A DNA stretch of 63,939 nucleotides, filler included, from Reclinomonas americana ATCC 50394 (lineage: Eukaryota), in assembly GCA_048213135.1 (NCBI GenBank). It is 4 parts of 2 records of this genome, joined end to end, with 100 filler letters (N's around TTAATTAATTAA, not from the genome) between each part and the next. Parts side by side here need not be neighbours in the genome. Positions count along the whole stretch, not along the records: positions 32,672 to 61,691 come from PS015302.1; positions 61,792 to 63,939 come from PS015303.1; 2 more parts are not named here. One strand, 5' to 3'. The position numbers and the translations under genes are program-made. The stretch's first letter is position 1; every line of letters begins with the position of its first letter. This document shows positions 60,057 to 63,939 of this stretch, in pieces. Below the pieces are notes generated by a model, which made no database searches, had not been told where the DNA came from, and was given only the letters and a program-made list of their open reading frames with translations.

Positions 60057-61691
60057 ATGGCTGACGACAGCAAAGACGTACCACTTTTGCAACGCACAGA
60101 CACTCTGCTCAACATCGGCTGCATCTTTGCCGCCATCCCACTCGGATTCCTCTTCCGCCGTGTCACCGGTGAGTGACTGGAGAGAGAGCACAGCCCCACA
60201 CACACTTTTCTTGTGTATATACGTGTGTAAGAGAGGGGGGTGTTGACTGTGATGTCATCCAGATGTGAAGCTACGATATCGACTGTCGTACGCGGTTGGC
60301 TTGCTCTTCTCCGTGCTGGTCTACAAATGGCACACAATTCAGTACGTGCTAGTCGCTGCTGCTGTGTACGGCGTGTGCGCAGTGTCATCGCTGCGATCGC
60401 GGGCGCACTTGCTGGCGTGGGTCATCACGTTTGGGACGCTGCTTGTTGGGTGAGTTGTTGGACGATTTCTGTGTCAAGAGCGCGTGCTCATCATGTCGAC
60501 CAACGTGAAACAGCAAGTACTACATGATGATGTACCGCTTCCTCGACTGGGCGCTCGATTTCACCGGTCTGTCTTTGTGATGCGTCTCTGTGCTGGTGGT
60601 ATGGTCTCTCAACTCCGCGATGCGTACACAGGACCACTGATGCTAATGGCGCTCCGCATCATTGCCTTTGCGTACAACTATCGTGATGGACTGATGTGCG
60701 ACAAGGAGAAGCCGGCGAGTGATGCCAAGCCTGTTGAGTTCACGCGTGGCGGGATCTCCGTTCGCAGCCTTGTCCATCTGACATGCACCGCGCTGTTGGT
60801 GTCCGTGATGCAGGGTGCTGTTCGCGTGTGGCAACGCCAGCGCGACTATGCGTTGGACAAGCTGCCGTCGTTGGAGGAGTACTTTGGCTACGTGTTCTTC
60901 TTCGGCGCGTATCTGGTGGGGCCCTTCTTCGAGTACCGCGAGTATCGCGAATTCATTGAGGTGCGCTGCGTGCGGTTCTGTGGTGGTGGTGATTCCATGC
61001 ATCTACTGTGGTGCACCACACTCACGTGAGTGCTGCAGTCGAGGGAGCACAAGGTGGCGCCTGGCTGGCACATTGCCAAGATGACGCTGCTGGGCGTGGC
61101 GTTTTTGGTGCCAGCTGGCCTGCACGACTCAATGGCCATGGATTACTTTGGCACGGATGGACTTGCAGAGTTTCTCGCCAAGCCGCTGTACACTCGGTGT
61201 GTTGGGGTGGGGGTTCCCGCGGGAGATGGGTGAACAATGGTGGCACTGGTCTCACGGTTTTTTGGTTTGCAGGATGTTGCTGGTGTATCTCTCGTGTCTG
61301 TTCTTCCGCTCTCGTTTCTATGCCGCGTTGCGTCCGCAACCTATTAGTATCTCGTGCTCCCCTTGCACGCTTCTGATTGATTGTCTGTTTCTTCCAACTC
61401 GTGTAGATGGCCACTCGCTGAAGGTTTCGTCTACACACGCACTTTTTTCTCCATTTTTCATACTCACCAGTGTTTGCTTGTTGGGCAGCCGGCTGCCATG
61501 CTGCTGGATTCGGCACTCGAATTGAGCGATCTGAGGATGGGAAGGAGGTCGTCAAGTACGACCTGTTGCGCAATGTGCGCGCCATTGAGATGGAATTGAG
61601 TCCGTCGACCAAGGACTGTGTGGGTGTCTACTGGAACATTCTCACGGCACGGTTCCTCAAGCAATGTTGCGCGGCCGATGTAGAAGTATGA
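60057..61691 (+). CDS. MBOAT-family lysophospholipid acyltransferase (3' truncated)
   Basis: LDFTGPLMLMALRIIAFAYNYRDG, PSLEEYFGYVFFFGAYLVGPFFEYREY, RFYAAWPLAEAGCHAAGFG, YWNILTARFLKQ. Confidence 0.92.
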
Positions 61692-61791
61692 NNNNNNNNN
61701 NNNNNNNNNNNNNNNNNNNNNNNNNNNNNNNNNNNTTAATTAATTAANNNNNNNNNNNNNNNNNNNNNNNNNNNNNNNNNNNNNNNNNNNN
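61692..61791. other. Artificial scaffold-joining spacer
   Basis: Same N-TTAATTAATTAA-N 100-bp spacer. Confidence 0.97.
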
Positions 61792-63063
61792 TGCGCTCTG
61801 TTGTGCTGACCTTGAGGCACTGGCGAATGAGGTCCTTGGCGCTCTCCGAGATGTTGGCCCAGATGGGTGCCGAGAAGTTCGGGAACGCTTCCTGCGAGGG
61901 CTGGAAGAGCTGCAAAATTGCAGTCTTCACTTTCTGCACGTCGTTCGTACCGTACAGGACGCGGCCGCTCAAACTGCTCAACGCGTGAGCAAAGCGATTC
62001 CAACCCAGGGAAGCGACAAGCAAACGCAACATGACGTAGAGGGTCACACCAAAGCTCCAAATGTCGGCGCTGCTGTCGTAGGGCATTTGTGCGACCACTT
62101 GCGGAGCTGTGTCGACGGAATGTAAGTCACACTACCGTAAAGCAAGTGCAGTGAAAACCGAGAAAAAATGCACCAGCATAGGCAAGCGTGCCGGCCAGTC
62201 GATTGTTGGGAATGTCGCTTGGTCGCACGACACGCGCCCAGCCAAAGTCNNNNNNNNNNNNNNNNNNNNNNNNNNNNNNNNNNNNNNNNNNNNNNNNNNN
62301 NNNNNNNNNNNNNNNNNNNNNNNNNNNNNNNNNNNNNNNNNNNNNNNNNNNNNNNNNNNNNNNNNNNNNNNNNNNNNNNNNNNNNNNNNNNNNNNNNNNN
62401 NNNNNNNNNNNNNNNNNNNNNNNNNNNNNNNNNNNNNNNNNNNNNNNNNNNNNNNNNNNNNNNNNNNNNNNNNNNNNNNNNNNNNNNNNNNNNNNNNNNN
62501 NNNNNNNNNNNNNNNNNNNNNNNNNNNNNNNNNNNNNNNNNNNNNNNNNNNNNNNNNNNNNNNNNNNNNNNNNNNNNNNNNNNNNNNNNNNNNNNNNNNN
62601 NNNNNNNNNNNNNNNNNNNNNNNNNNNNNNNNNNNNNNNNNNNNNNNNNNNNNNNNNNNNNNNNNNNNNNNNNNNNNNNNNNNNNNNNNNNNNNNNNNNN
62701 NNNNNNNNNNNNNNNNNNNNNNNNNNNNNNNNNNNNNNNNNNNNNNNNNNNNNNNNNNNNNNNNNNNNNNNNNNNNNNNNNNNNNNNNNNNNNNNNNNNN
62801 AGCCAGCTTGACCACCGAGTCGGGTTCCGGTGTTGCAAACAGCAAGTTATCGGGCTGCGTTGTTCCCAGTCAGACAATCATTCCTCTCGAGGCCTGGCGC
62901 AGAGAATGACGCGTCGTTACCTTCAGGTCGAGATGCAGAATACCGCGGTGGTGCAAGTGGTAGAGACCATGGAGGATGTCTTTTGCGATGCGCGAGGCCA
63001 CCTGCTCCGAGAACGGCTGTCGCGACTTGACAATGCGGTCGCACACGTCGCCGCCGCGTGCAC
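61792..63063 (-). CDS. CAMK-group Ser/Thr protein kinase (internal fragment)
   Basis: GGDVCDRIV, YHLHHRGILHLDLKPDNLLF, VKLA-(gap)-DFG, APQV, DIWSFGVTLYV, WANISESAKDLIRQCL. Confidence 0.88.
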
Positions 63064-63229
63064 TGTGTTGTGGAAGAGACAAGGATATTGATGAGCTCGT
63101 AGAAAGGGGAAGAAGAGAAGAGAGGGAGGCAAAGGAGAGCGGGGGGAAAGAGAAGAGAAAGGGAGGCACATGAAACAACGTACAACACACTGCAAATAAG
63201 AGAGAATGAAGAGCCAAAGGAGGGAGAAC

Positions 63230-63717
63230 ACGAGAGCAATGCAACATCAACATGAGCCAGGGAGCAGGGAGCAGAGAGCAGAGAGCAGAGAGAGAGAGAG
63301 ACAACTTGCAACAAACTGGGAAAGACACACAGAGCAAAACCAAAGGAAGGAGAGCCAGAGAGCAGAGCGCAGAGAGCAGAGAGAGAGCAGAGAGAGAGAG
63401 AGCAGAGAGAGACAACTTGCAACAAAGAGGGAAAGACACACAGAGCAACACATTGTAAGCAACGGAGCTTTGCAAAACCAAAGGAGGGAGAGCATGACAA
63501 CACCCGGATGCAACACCATGAGCCAGAGAGCAGAGCGCAGAGAGCAGAGAGAGAGAGAGCAGAGAGAGAGCAGAGAGAGAGAGCAGAGAGAGACAACTTG
63601 CAACAAAGAGGGAAAGGCAACACAGCGCAACAGTGTACGCAAGGGAGCATGAAGGACGAAAGGAAGGAGAGCATGACAGCTGCAAAATCATGAGCCAGGG
63701 AGCAGAGAGAGCAGAGA

Positions 63718-63750
<33 letters not shown>

Positions 63751-63864
63751 AGAGAGAGACAACTTGCCAGAAACAGGGAAAGACAACACAGCGCAACAGT
63801 GTACGCAAGGGAGCATGAACAACGAAAGGAAGGAGAGCATGACAGCAACGCAAAATCATGAGTC

Positions 63865-63912
<48 letters not shown>
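63230..63912. repeat. Degenerate GA-rich minisatellite, about 5 units of 100-170 bp, probably intronic
   Basis: Recurring block (AT)GAGCCAG...(GAGCAGA)n...GAGACAACTTGC.A.AAA..GGGAAAG starting near 63252, 63351, 63518, 63690 and 63858. Confidence 0.85.
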
Positions 63913-63914
<2 letters not shown>

Positions 63915-63939
63915 GACAATACTACGACAACGACGCTAC

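Noticed and set aside
28468..61791. Three identical TTAATTAATTAA motifs flanked by Ns, resembling transposon target sites or a repeat system
   Set aside because: They are exact 100-bp artificial spacers joining scaffolds. Gene adjacency across them has no biological meaning.
62847..63859. Long Leu/Ser/Cys-rich ORFs
   Set aside because: They are translations of the CT-rich minisatellite, not plausible proteins.

Overview
Gene-dense, intron-rich eukaryotic (protist-like) DNA with short introns (about 55-150 nt) full of CA/GT and GA/CT microsatellites. It is four scaffold pieces joined by artificial 100-bp N-TTAATTAATTAA-N spacers: 1-28467, 28568-32571, 32672-61691 and 61792-63939. I spliced gene models by hand, so starts and some exons are approximate. 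Piece 1: Amt ammonium transporter, an atypical P2C-like ATPase, Rh ammonium channel, NmrA-like protein, EVG1-like protein, a hypothetical gene, deoxyhypusine synthase, LSM1, MOT1/BTAF1 and ATG8. Piece 2: a hypothetical gene, GSKIP-like protein, HAUS4 and COMMD3. Piece 3: ISCA2-like fragment, ARM-repeat protein, a hypothetical gene, Leu/Phe/Val dehydrogenase, a large Ras-like pseudo-GTPase, OSCA/TMEM63, RPA3, DeSI-PUL, RED/IK, dynein light intermediate chain and an MBOAT acyltransferase. Piece 4: a CaMK-type kinase fragment and a minisatellite. Main observations: (1) A very common second class of 5' splice site with one extra T (GTTGCGT, GTTTCGT, GTTGAGT, GTTACG), which in the cases I modelled follows exons that do not end in G. 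(2) A contiguous Amt / ATPase / Rh / NmrA-like block, possibly an ammonium-handling cluster, in which the pump's ion-binding residues are remodelled. (3) A predicted N-myristoylated pseudo-GTPase that only appears after splicing.
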